The translations under genes and the position numbers were made by a program. Of a stretch of 64,000 nt of DNA, positions 24,169-36,384 are shown piece after piece (position 1 is the stretch's first letter; each line of letters starts with the position of its first letter). The DNA comes from Octopus bimaculoides. Taxonomy: Eukaryota. The stretch covers positions 2,318,555-2,382,554 of the forward strand of contig NC_068991.1 of the NCBI RefSeq assembly GCF_001194135.2, in the 5' to 3' direction. Below the pieces are notes generated by a model, which did no database searches, had not been told where the DNA came from, and saw nothing but the letters and a program-made list of their open reading frames with translations.

Positions 24169-24798
24169 NNNNNNNNNNNNNNNNNNNNNNNNNNNNNNNN
24201 NNNNNNNNNNNNNNNNNNNNNNNNNNNNNNNNNNNNNNNNNNNNNNNNNNNNNNNNNNNNNNNNNNNNNNNNNNNNNNNNNNNNNNNNNNNNNNNNNNNN
24301 NNNNNNNNNNNNNNNNNNNNNNNNNNNNNNNNNNNNNNNNNNNNNNNNNNNNNNNNNNNNNNNNNNNNNNNNNNNNNNNNNNNNNNNNNNNNNNNNNNNN
24401 NNNNNNNNNNNNNNNNNNNNNNNNNNNNNNNNNNNNNNNNNNNNNNNNNNNNNNNNNNNNNNNNNNNNNNNNNNNNNNNNNNNNNNNNNNNNNNNNNNNN
24501 NNNNNNNNNNNNNNNNNNNNNNNNNNNNNNNNNNNNNNNNNNNNNNNNNNNNNNNNNNNNNNNNNNNNNNNNNNNNNNNNNNNNNNNNNNNNNNNNNNNN
24601 NNNNNNNNNNNNNNNNNNNNNNNNNNNNNNNNNNNNNNNNNNNNNNNNNNNNNNNNNNNNNNNNNNNNNNNNNNNNNNNNNNNNNNNNNNNNNNNNNNNN
24701 NNNNNNNNNATATATGTATATGTATATGCATATACACATTTATATGCACATATACATGTTCTTATATCTTTTTCTCTTTCTTTGTCTCTCTATCCCTT

Positions 24799-24833
<35 letters not shown>

Positions 24834-25749
24834 GCGTGTGTGTGTGTGTGTGTGTGTGTGAATATGCGCAGACACACGGGTATAGCTTGAAGCGCGCGCA
24901 CGACCGTGTCTCTGCATAGTTTTCTCCTAATTCTCGCCACATTTAATCAAACAATAACATCGGACTTTGTGCAATCATTGAGACATAATAATAATTAAGA
25001 GAAATGAAAAATCTCACACACAATTTACTTCGTCCGAACTAACAAATATGAATGGAATTGAAATTACTTGAGAAAATTCTGCGCAGCACTTGCTTCTAAT
25101 GTCTTATCTTAATGGTCTGACAGTTTGGCGAATTGTTGACAGTTGTGGGAGGAAATGGTAATAATTTCTCAGTCGTTTCTATTGGAATCGAAACACCGAT
25201 TACCATTTTATCGATCTCTTATCCTGCTCTTTTTAACGACCAGTACCGTCGCCCCCCCCACCACCACATGAAACAGCAATTCTCTAAGTACCGCTAGCAC
25301 CACCACCGGCATCACTGTCATCATAATCATCATCACCATCATCATTACCACCACCACGACCACCACCATCAGCACCACGACGACCACGACCACGACCACG
25401 ACGACCACCACTACGACCACAAAAAATGTATATGCATAAAAACGTATATATATATATACATGTTTGTGTATTTGTAGAGTGCATATATATGTGTGTGTGT
25501 GAGTGTGTGTGAGTATACAAATAAAAACAAACGCGCACACACAAACATACATTCACTCTCATGTAAACATTTAACCCACGTGCACCAACGCAGACACAAC
25601 TCATATGCGCGCGCATGCATACGCAACTCTCACCACCAGCACGTGTGTGTACAAAGAGAGAGAGAGAGAGAGAGAGTGAGAGAGTGAGAGAGAGAGAGAG
25701 AGAGTGAGAGAGTGAGAGAGAGAGAGAGAGAGACAGAGAGAGACAGAGA

Positions 25750-25895
25750 GAGAGTGACAGTGAAATAGAATGACAAAGTGATAGAGATAGACGGAAAGAG
25801 AGAGAGAGAGAGAGACAGAGAGAGACAGAGAGAGACAGAGAGAGAGTGACAGTGAAATAGACTGACAAAGTGATAGAGATAGACGGAAAGAGAGA
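25750..25895 (+). repeat. Local tandem duplication (period about 94 bp) inside a (GA)n field
   Basis: 'gagagtgacagtgaaataga(a/c)tgacaaagtgatagagatagacggaaagag' occurs twice. Confidence 0.85.
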
Positions 25896-27285
25896 GAGAG
25901 AGAGAGTGAGAGAGAGAGAAAGAGCGAAGGAGAGAGAGAGTTAGAGAGAGACTATGAAATTCTAGCCAATCTTACTGAATAAATAATCTTCTTATCAAAT
26001 AAATCATTTTTGATTTCTGCCTGTTCAATCATATATATNNNNNNNNNNNNNNNNNNNNNNNNNNNNNNNNNNNNNNNNNNNNNNNNNNNNNNNNNNNNNN
26101 NNNNNNNNNNNNNNNNNNNNNNNNNNNNNNNNNNNNNNNNNNNNNNNNNNNNNNNNNNNNNNNNNNNNNNNNNNNNNNNNNNNNNNNNNNNNNNNNNNNN
26201 NNNNNNNNNNNNNNNNNNNNNNNNNNNNNNNNNNNNNNNNNNNNNNNNNNNNNNNNNNNNNNNNNNNNNNNNNNNNNNNNNNNNNNNNNNNNNNNNNNNN
26301 NNNNNNNNNNNNNNNNNNNNNNNNNNNNNNNNNNNNNNNNNNNNNNNNNNNNNNNNNNNNNNNNNNNNNNNNNNNNNNNNNNNNNNNNNNNNNNNNNNNN
26401 NNNNNNNNNNNNNNNNNNNNNNNNNNNNNNNNNNNNNNNNNNNNNNNNNNNNNNNNNNNNNNNNNNNNNNNNNNNNNNNNNNNNNNNNNNNNNNNNNNNN
26501 NNNNNNNNNNNNNNNNNNNACATACTGTATTATGTATTGCAATGAGAAATATATGCAATACGTCATGACACTGTGCTTCTGTAAAGTGTTGCCTTTAGGG
26601 AAGGGCAGTCGGCAGCCTTCATCAGCCGGAAAATAAATAAGCGATAATTTTCTCCTATCTCACTCACTTATAATAACGTTTCGGGTTATACTTCTAGAAA
26701 TATAGCGCATGCGCAGAAATACATGTCTCGGTACATTAGAAGTGTTTTCTATTTCAGTAAATAAGTTTCGAAGTAGTTTTTTTTTTTTTACTAACTAAAG
26801 GAAAATACCATGCTAGACTATATAGAATTAAACATAAGATTATCGAGCTCTCTCGTTAATTGCTCGCTGGAAAATCCATTGCTTTGTGTAGTTTTTAGAA
26901 CTCTCTTTCTAACCCCACCCACACACGCCAATACTCTGACACACGTACACACCTATCCACGTGAGTTTGTGCTATATAACGTGTGGATATATAACGTGTG
27001 TATATGACCGTGCGATTTGTGTTTGTGTGCGCGCTTGTATGCACGTCGTTTGACGCGAATCATAATCGCCATGAATCGTTAATGGCTGCAAAAGACTGTT
27101 TACCCTTGCATGCTGCACACACGATGTATACAAAGCGATCGCATGCATGCAGCGTTCGCCAAGACACACTCTCGTACCAGAACAACGTCGTAACAGTGAT
27201 AATGATGACGATGATGATGATGGTAATAGTAATAATAATAATAATAAAAATAATAATAATAATAATAGTAATAATAATAATAATA

Positions 27286-27345
<60 letters not shown>

Positions 27346-27539
27346 GTAATAGTAATAATAATAATAATGATAGCAACAGCGACAACAACAACAACAATAA
27401 TAATAATAATGATTTCACTTAGCAATAACCACGCCTCGGCTTTACATCATTGGCCATGTTACTGCCTTTGCGCAAAGCTGAGGCGGTACCATGGCAATAA
27501 CAGAAACAACAACAATAATGTATAGTCAGACATATATAC

Positions 27540-27649
<110 letters not shown>

Positions 27650-28145
27650 GCATACATGCACACACACGCGCGCGCTGTCCCGTTCAACGTTATTAGTTCT
27701 GTCAAACATAAAACTACTGCCATCTACATCACAAATGCAGCACAACCACCGCCACCACACCACCACCGAAAAACAACACCAACAACCACTACTACCACCG
27801 CCATTACAACCCCCCACGACACCCCCTACCCCATGATACCACTATCAATTACTTCCATTGCCATAATCTTTCTCCTTAATAGCTGCACCACATTTACAGA
27901 ACTGCAAATCCCCCATTAACTGAAATCCAAATCTCTAATTCTGGTACAGCTACCAACACCTCTATCCCTTTCACCACCTCTCATCTCTACTCCAACCGGC
28001 TCCTCTACCACTATTAATACTGCTCTTGAATACGAAACGAATTCCGTAAACACTGTGTCTCATGCTACAGCCCACACTTCAAGCAAGGACCGACGAGAAA
28101 ATCGGCCTCGATTTTTATGCTATTGCAGTCAAGACTTTCCTGGGA

Positions 28146-28300
28146 GGTGCAAGCATGACTGTGTGGTTAAGAAATTCGCTTCACAACCAGGTGTTACGGT
28201 TTCAGTCGCACAGTGCTGCATCTTGAGCAGATGACTTCTACTATAGCGCCGTAGCATGTGAGTGAATATGGTGAACAGAAACTATGAAGTAGCCTGTGGT
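28146..28300 (+). mobile_element. Decayed SINE family A head
   Basis: 'gcatgactgtgtggttaagaaattcgcttcacaacca...catcttgagcagatgacttctactatagc...gtgagtgaatatggtgaacagaaacta'. Confidence 0.7.
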
Positions 28301-28949
28301 GTGTGAGACGACGCTCGAGTATGACTGCAGTTCTACAACCGAAACCATTAAAAGAATTAGAGGATATAATACATATATATATATTGATTCGGCTGTATGC
28401 GACTTAAAGTTTCGAGGGTGTCTTAGATTACTGAATGGCAAAACACAGGAAGTCCGAGATGACTACCAAAAAATATGCTGCTAACGGTCAAGACGGGTCA
28501 CATGGTTTTGTCAGAACAAGGTCGATTGTTCAACGACAGGAGTTCCTTTAGAAGATGGAATTTCTTTGATCGCATGACTGAATAGGGAGCTTGTGGCGCC
28601 TAAATATCTTGTGTGTGCGTGTGTGTGCGTTTAAGTGTGTGCGTGTATGTGTGTGTATGTGTGTACGTGTATGTGTGTGTATGTGTGTGTGTGTGTGTAT
28701 AAACATGTACTAAACTGAAAGGAGATTAATGAATCCAACTGAGAGCTTTGAAAACCGGGCCCTAGCATGACAGCAGTCCAATGATTCGAACGTTTAAAAT
28801 CATTAACCTCATTACTATAATTTCTTATCGTGCCCTCAATATATCCGACCGTCTCAGGAAATCTGTAAATTTCAAACTGCACTCATTGCTAGGATCATTC
28901 TTTATGAAATGAGTTTCCAGATTTGTTGTTGTATGTATGTAGCCCACCA

Positions 28950-29711
28950 GTTATCATATTTTGTTGCAATCAGTGAGTTCAGTTCATCAACATCAAAAAG
29001 CGTCATTTCAAACTATGATGACCATGTCATCTAAATCTTCATTTAACTTCTGCTTCCTAAACAATTTCTTAATTACTTTGGCAACTAAATCATCCAATAT
29101 TTCATCTATTCAACAAGCGATAATTTTATCTGAGTTTAGAGATTTTCTTGTTTTAACGTCATAAACTTTCAGAAACAATCCAGACAAAACGGCCTTTCAA
29201 CAGGCATTTATAGTTTTGTTCTTAATTTCGTGAATTGCTTTTCCAATTATTTCCCCAATGAAGAATAATGATTATTTTCTTACTTCTTCTGTAACGTTAA
29301 CTTGGTTTTCTTTCATATCAACCAGATTTTTCTTTTTAAATACGAATTGTTAACACAATTTGTCTTAAAATTATTACTAATTACGCTTTGCTATAATGAC
29401 TGGATAAGTGGGGTAGTAGAGGGCGGTAAGAACCAAATTTTACCATTATGGTGTTCTAAATCACAGGTATGTGATGGAGCGTTATCAATTAGTAACAAAA
29501 CTTTGAAGTCAATATTATTTTCTTTTATAAAAATTTCAGCTTCAGCGACACAATCTTGATAAAACCAGTTTCCCAATATGGCGGCAGTCATCCATGATCT
29601 GTTGTTTACACACCAGTGAACCGGAAGGTTATTTTTTATTCAATCCCCTCCTTGCATGTGCATTGCCCTATTAATTAATAATGGATCCCTGGAACCATCA
29701 CTTATTGGTTT
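28950..29711 (-). mobile_element. pogo/Tigger-like transposase pseudogene, 3' part (DDE_1-like domain)
   Basis: Minus strand: CCKPISDGSRDPLLINRA...KNNLPVHWCVNNRSWMTAAILGNWFYQDCVAEAEIFIKENNIDFKVLLLIDNAPSHTCDLEHHNGKIWFLPPSTTPLIQSL. This carries the Tigger motifs LPV.W...AW.T, LLL.DNAPSH and FLPP.TT.LIQP. Confidence 0.9.
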
Positions 29712-29751
29712 ACAACAAGAACAACAACAAGAACAACAACAAGAACAACAA

Positions 29752-29783
<32 letters not shown>

Positions 29784-29784
<1 letters not shown>

Positions 29785-30223
29785 TCTGCTCAGATTTGCT
29801 TGTCAGTTGTTTGACCATAACCAGTTCAGTATGTCTCTTTAGTGCCTGACGATATGTGCATTTCTGTTTACGAGCAGAAGTAGTGGGGGAGCATCATAGC
29901 CATGTGTTGAGAGGAATTCTTTGGGGTTTGAATGATTCGCCTCTAGAAACATGGGTGTTTCGTTCAACATCCCGAAACAACTCATATTCAGCGACCTTTT
30001 GTGTGGGATGTGCTACTGGACCTGAAGAAAATTCTAACTGGGCCTCACCTGCAAAGTCATGCACTGTTTATCTTGATATGAGATCACCATGTCATGCAGA
30101 TATGGTTGTGATGCATGTGCCTGGTGTATCCTTTTCAGACGGGTAGTCACGATTGCTATATTGTGTTTCATATATTTTACTGCAGTGTCACTTTGATGGC
30201 ATGCATTGCTCTCTCACTCTATC
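29784..30223 (+). mobile_element. Unclassified retroelement 3' region, family F, ending in (AAT)n
   Basis: The last about 175 bp ('cacctgcaa(a/g)gtcatgc...tatcttgatatgagatcac...cagtgtcactttgatggcatgcattgctctctcactc') is repeated at 48405-48576. Both copies end in AAT repeats. No convincing ORF. Confidence 0.75.
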
Positions 30224-30238
30224 ATAATAATAATAATG

Positions 30239-30273
<35 letters not shown>

Positions 30274-30275
<2 letters not shown>

Positions 30276-30699
30276 GGCAAATAGACCAGATATAGTTGTC
30301 AAAGATCATGAAGGAAAAAAATGCTTTCTAATTGATGTATCAATACCAGCAGATGACAACGTTTCTCGAAAAGAAATGGAAAAACTTTCAAAATACAAAG
30401 ACCTGGAAATAGAGATAACTCGAATGTGGAGTCTAAAAACAGAAACAATTCCTATCATAGTAGGTGCCTTAGGTATAATTAAAAAATACTCAGACAAATA
30501 CATAACAAAAATACCAGGACTTACAAATATATGTAACATACAGAAAATTGCACTACTGGGTACTGCACACATTCTACGCAAAACACTTTCAATACAGTAA
30601 ACATAAAAGCACCACAGCAAACCACAGCACATACCCAAGGCGCACAGAGCTGCGCTCGGTAGTGAAGTGAAAGCACGTTATAAAAATAAAACTACTGAA
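30274..30699 (+). mobile_element. 5'-truncated R4/Dong-like LINE (RLE domain and 3' UTR) between two (AAT)n tracts
   Basis: Open frame KANRPDIVVKDHEGKKCFLIDVSIPADDNVSRKEMEKLSKYKDLEIEITRMWSLKTETIPIIVGALGIIKK...GTAHILRKTLSIQ*, a PD-(D/E)xK restriction-like endonuclease (RPDI...IDV.IP...EK..KY). Confidence 0.95.
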
Positions 30700-30700
30700 C

Positions 30701-30735
<35 letters not shown>

Positions 30736-30737
<2 letters not shown>

Positions 30738-31140
30738 TGGTTTGCGCCTTTGATGCTTTGTATCGATCACCCTTTCTATTTTTCTGCTCTTGATATAAAA
30801 ACTTTCTATGGTGTATCCTTTCAGAACAGACCAGTTTCCAACAGCATCACATGTTTAAAAGAATAGAAATGTTTTTCAATTATTTCAGGTATTTGTGACG
30901 CGAATTCTTCCGCATGTTCTTATCGGTTGATCCACTTCCGTCGTGCAATTTGTTATTATGTTGTAAACTTCGACTTCAAACATGTTGCAGCCATTTCTTG
31001 CTGCCCGAAAATTCGTTAAATGTTTCATTTGTAACGTTGGGTACATTGCTGATTTTTATCGTTTGGCAATGACGCCTGTCAGAGCATTCCATGACATTCA
31101 CCTACGATACACTTTTCTTGCATTTAATTTCGTTCTATGC
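30736..31140 (-). mobile_element. pogo/Tigger-like transposase pseudogene, 5' part (CENP-B-type HTH to DETG region)
   Basis: Minus strand with stops and frameshifts: NETFNEFSGSKKWLQHV (cf. F.AS.GWL.RF), HAEEFASQIPEIIEKHFYSFKHVMLLETGLF*KDTP*KVFISRAEK (cf. DETGLFWK..P..TFIS..EK), then ASKAQTTLLL. Confidence 0.8.
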
Positions 31141-31142
31141 AT

Positions 31143-31202
31143 TATTGATCTATGTAATATTGATCTATGTAATATTGATCTATGTAATATTGATCTATGT
31201 AA
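31143..31202 (+). repeat. 15-bp minisatellite (TATTGATCTATGTAA)x4
   Basis: Four exact units are visible. Confidence 0.95.
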
Positions 31203-31434
31203 TATCATTTAATATTGATTTGTGTAAGGCTGCGAATAGGTAGACCTGTTGATCAACTTGCCTTTTCATCATTTTGTGGCCGATAAATAAAGTACTAACC
31301 AACTACTGGAATCGACCCTTTCTCACTCACCCACTTTTTCTGCTCTCTCCATTGTCTCCCTCTTTCTACACTGTCTGTATGTCTATTTCTATCACTTCTT
31401 TTCTTTTTGTGTATCTATTTGTCTCTCTCTATAC

Positions 31435-31471
<37 letters not shown>

Positions 31472-31934
31472 GCGATTGTTTTCGTCAGTTACCCTCTTCC
31501 CATTGTCCTTCCTCTTCCTCTCCTCACCGCCGCCACCACCACCACAGTTATCATCATCAACATCATAATCTTCTTACTTACATTTAGACTGCTTTACCCA
31601 GGTCATATCCAAAATCAAAGAAAAGGTGGAGTAAATTTTTGAGTATAAACCATTTACTCTGTTATTTTATTGACATTGTTTCTCTAAGGACGTGTGCAGT
31701 TCTTAAAAACAGCCATATTTTGTATCTTACACATGGAATGATTATCTGAAAGTTCTTAGAATTACTACTTGATTTCACGCATCGCTTGTTCTCTAGATTC
31801 TGTGGAGACAATGGCAATTGTGATTTTCATTTTTCCGCATTTTATGGCATTTAGATTTTTACTTCTATGGAGAGTTTTCCAAATCACTTTCACATTCATC
31901 TTATTATTCAATATTTCATTACGAAAACAACGTC

Positions 31935-31986
<52 letters not shown>

Positions 31987-32318
31987 CAGGTGTTGGATAA
32001 AACAATAGAAGCACCGTTTTTGGTTTAACCATTTCTTTCTATTGGCAAATCGACAAATTCAGAACCGTTCTGGTTTGTATAGCTGTATTCGTATACATTA
32101 CGTACGCTTCGCCCTTTATGATATATTTTTCTGTTCTCCTTTCTTTGTAGATATTTATATTTAAATAAGTTAAAATGCGTAAAAGATCTTGGGACGCGGA
32201 TGGCTTGACCTTCAGTGACTAAAACTGTTGAAATGTGTAATGTTTGGAGATGTAGAATCAAGTCTGGCATCCATAAGTCAGACCAAGAGACGGAGAGTAT
32301 CTGAAGAATAGTAAAACA

Positions 32319-32490
32319 TACAGGGGTGCTGAAAAGTTCCTGGCTTTAAGGGTATCGTGAAAGGACTTGTTGGAGGCCCAACATTCCGAGTTCTTTTACA
32401 GGGTTTAGAAAAAACTGAAGGACCGTTGCAAAAAGTGTGTGAATATGTGAGGGGAATATGTTGAATAAAATCATAATTAACTGACCCAGT
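32319..32490 (+). mobile_element. Mariner-derived MITE, right end truncated
   Basis: TA, then the TIR-like 'caggggtgctgaaaagttcctggcttt', then a transposase C-terminal remnant FFYRV*KKLKDRCKKCVNM*GEYVE* (cf. mariner FY..GI..L..RW.KCV...GDYVE). Confidence 0.8.
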
Positions 32491-32530
32491 TAATTATGTA
32501 TCAGGAGGATCGCATCACCACCACCACCAC

Positions 32531-32660
32531 CAAATCGACTTTAAAGACTTTGGTCGGCCCGAGGCTATATTAGAAGACACTTGCCCAAGGTGCGACGCAG
32601 TGGGACTAAACCCAGAACCATATGGTTGGGAAGCAAGCTTTTTACCACTTAGCCATGACC
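32531..32660 (-). mobile_element. SINE family A head
   Basis: 'ctttggtcggcccgaggctatattagaagacacttgcccaaggtgcgacgcagtgggactaaacccagaaccatatggttgggaagcaagc'. Confidence 0.9.
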
Positions 32661-32665
32661 TCGTC

Positions 32666-32717
<52 letters not shown>

Positions 32718-32824
32718 CATGCATACACTCGCACATACACATGTATCAATGTAACCTATTCAGATAACTGTAACCCAATTAGTTACTAATTCTGATATAT
32801 TCACAAAAATGAAAAATAGAAGAG

Positions 32825-32927
<103 letters not shown>

Positions 32928-33278
32928 ACAGTATATAATAGAGAAGTGAGTGGAAAATAGCAGCATCTGGCAAGAACAGCACTACTTCCCAAAATAAATT
33001 AGTCCAATCTTCAAGTTGAACCAATAATCTAGCAGGAAGAATATTCTCAGAATTTCAATTGATTCCATCTCAACTAATGAAACCAATTCATCCAATTCTG
33101 TGTATATAATTAGTAGAAACCACCTTCTATTCTGCTTAGTATTTAGGTTTCTTATAATTTTCCTTTCTGGATCTTCTGTTATATATATATATATAACAAT
33201 TGCAGCGTGGAATGTGTTTATAAGCCATTTAAAATAACACACAAAAACCGTTAGATTCACTTCAACATTTAAATTTAA

Positions 33279-33329
33279 TTTGTCAAATTATTTTCGTCGC
33301 TTTGAGACCGCGACCTGTTCACTGACAAA
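33279..33329 (-). ncRNA. Candidate type I hammerhead with a variant core (G3:C8, extra G after A9)
   Basis: tttgtca-GTGAACA-g-gtcgc-ggtctcaaa-gcgac-GAAA-ataatt-tgacaaa: 7-bp stem I, 5-bp stem II, and a stem III region one substitution from the palindrome AAAATATTTT. It lies in a repeat-like segment at about 33196-33335. Confidence 0.5.
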
Positions 33330-34092
33330 ATTCTGTGCAGCACAGAAGAGAGATAACTCGAGTAGAGACTAAAGCCGTAGCTTTATCTTAAAATAGTCAA
33401 TACCAGTGACTGAGTTGCACTCGAGGACCGCCTGGTCAGAATATCTATAATGAAAACAGCGCTAAGCAGTGATGAGAAATTCACGAACTTTAGGTTATTT
33501 CAAATGCGTTTGTGAAATATTTGAACTTCTAAAGGCGAATTCCCTGCAGTTACAGCGGAGTAAAAAAAAAAAATCTTACTTATGGNNNNNNNNNNNNNNN
33601 NNNNNNNNNNNNNNNNNNNNNNNNNNNNNNNNNNNNNNNNNNNNNNNNNNNNNNNNNNNNNNNNNNNNNNNNNNNNNNNNNNNNNNNNNNNNNNNNNNNN
33701 NNNNNNNNNNNNNNNNNNNNNNNNNNNNNNNNNNNNNNNNNNNNNNNNNNNNNNNNNNNNNNNNNNNNNNNNNNNNNNNNNNNNNNNNNNNNNNNNNNNN
33801 NNNNNNNNNNNNNNNNNNNNNNNNNNNNNNNNNNNNNNNNNNNNNNNNNNNNNNNNNNNNNNNNNNNNNNNNNNNNNNNNNNNNNNNNNNNNNNNNNNNN
33901 NNNNNNNNNNNNNNNNNNNNNNNNNNNNNNNNNNNNNNNNNNNNNNNNNNNNNNNNNNNNNNNNNNNNNNNNNNNNNNNNNNNNNNNNNNNNNNNNNNNN
34001 NNNNNNNNNNNNNNNNNNNNNNNNNNNNNNNNNNNNNNNNNNNNNNNNNNNNNNNNNNNNNNNNNNNNNNNNNNNNTATATATATATACACA

Positions 34093-34151
<59 letters not shown>

Positions 34152-34226
34152 TTAATGAGAGAAAGAATACAGAATAGAAATACAGATATATATAGAAAAT
34201 AAATGATTAAACTATATCAATTGTAA

Positions 34227-34287
<61 letters not shown>

Positions 34288-34406
34288 GTTCTCATTATAT
34301 TTGCCATCTTATCCTGACAGTGTTCCTGACAACACGTCTATCGTAGCAGTAGGAGTTTAATTGAACTACTTGTTCTAAACGTGGAAATTAATTAACAAAT
34401 AACAAA

Positions 34407-34476
<70 letters not shown>

Positions 34477-34774
34477 AATATACATCTATATGCATGTATG
34501 TGCTATGTATGCATATGTCGGAAATATGTTGGAGAAAAACAGCGAAATCAGAATAAAATGGGCAAGACAAAAGCATCAGAAAAATAAATCCTGTCTGTTT
34601 GTTCGTCGTTGTTATTTGGATGGCTGCAGGTCAGGCATAACCTAATAAGAACCGGCTGATAACTGAATGATGTTACGAGTCGACCTGATCGCCATTGCTC
34701 AGTCAAGCATGAAGGCTTACGCACATAGAGGCACGCAACACACATAAATAACTCGCAAAGAATGAAGCCCCCCA

Positions 34775-34824
<50 letters not shown>

Positions 34825-35595
34825 GTTTCTGTGTGTGGGTGTATGTGTTTACACATGTATAGTACACGCACATATATGTAGGGATCCACTCACACACACA
34901 TACACATGTATGTGTATATAAATATATGTATGTGTGTGTGAGTGTTTTAATATTTCGGTTAGGCACACACATAGATTGATAGAGAAGAGAGAGAAAGAGA
35001 GAGAGAGGCTGCGTGAGAAAAAAGAAAGACAGGCATATAATTTACATACACACAAACACACACACATATATATATGNNNNNNNNNNNNNNNNNNNNNNNN
35101 NNNNNNNNNNNNNNNNNNNNNNNNNNNNNNNNNNNNNNNNNNNNNNNNNNNNNNNNNNNNNNNNNNNNNNNNNNNNNNNNNNNNNNNNNGAAAGACAGGC
35201 ATATAATTTACATACACACAAACACACACACATATATATATGTGCTCATACATTCACACAACTCACTCTCTCCTTTTCAGATACATACACACATACATTT
35301 GCATCATACGCCACTTGTAAGAGGGTTCTTGTGTGTATATGTGTCTATGTTGGTGTGTGTGTTCGATCTGATCGCCATTGCGTGTGTGTGTGTGCGTGTG
35401 TGTGTTCATTATTTAAGAACAACTCCTAAATGGAAATATGTTCGATGATGGTAAATGGCAGGAATGGCAGCAGAAAAAATTAAGGAAGCAGTTGCTGAAG
35501 GGCTCCTTCTTTTTCCAAACGACAAATACTACAGAGGGAAAACGGAACCGATGGATGTGCTGTAAATAGTAGCCAAACTCTCAAATCAGTCGCCT

Positions 35596-35790
35596 GTGTC
35601 TGTGTTTGTCTCCAATCACCGCTTGAGAACTGATGCTGGTGTGTTTACGTCGCTTAGCAGTTCGGCAAGAGGTATCGACAGAATAAGTTACACGATTTAA
35701 AAAAAAAATAATCATTGGGGTCGATTCGTTCGCCTGAAATTTTTCTAGGCGGTGCCCCAGTATAACCGTAGTCTAAAGGATAAAAGACCT
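35596..35790 (+). mobile_element. SINE family A tail
   Basis: 'tgtgtctgtgtttgtctccaatcaccgcttgagaac...cagttcggcaaga...ggggtcgattcgttcg...aggcggtgccccag'. Confidence 0.8.
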
Positions 35791-36291
35791 TATCTTGTAT
35801 ATTTTTCTTCTTTTTCTTTGATCTAAACCGCCATATTTATATATTACAAAACAGTGATTTTTGATATGATCAGATCTCTCTTTTTACTTATTCTTTCCTC
35901 CAAAATGTCAGTTCTAACCAGAGAGAGATTTTAAAGTGGTTCAGAATAAAGAAATTGTTGCAGACATTTCAATGACACTTTGCTTGTCTATTAAAGAAGC
36001 TTTGGCTGGAATTAAAATCATTTTTAAGGATGGGGGAACCTTTTGAAAAGATTTTTTCATTCAATCATTCGTCTATCCTTCCTTCCTTTCAATCATTATG
36101 CCTTTCCTCTCCGTGTCTATGAATCTGCGGATTCATCTATCTGTGTAGCTGTCAGTGCGTGTGTCGGCGTCCGTCTGTCCCCTCCCCACCCATACACACA
36201 CATACGCACTCTCATACACATATGCTGTGTTACACCTACAAATCACACTACTACTACTACTACTACTACTGATAATGATAATGATAATGAC

Positions 36292-36347
<56 letters not shown>

Positions 36348-36384
36348 TGATGATAATAATAATAATGATAATAATAGTAATAAA

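Noticed and set aside
26590-26630. Minus-strand CTGATGA followed by a GC-rich stem
   Set aside because: No GAAA after the stem.
28720-28870. Minus-strand open frame RFPETVGYIEGTIRNYSNEVNDFKRSNHWTAVMLGPGF after a plausible acceptor
   Set aside because: No convincing donor; the frame runs into a microsatellite.
31983-32030. TA-CAGGTGTTGGATAAAA Tc1-like terminal motif
   Set aside because: No matching opposite TIR or transposase remnant was found.
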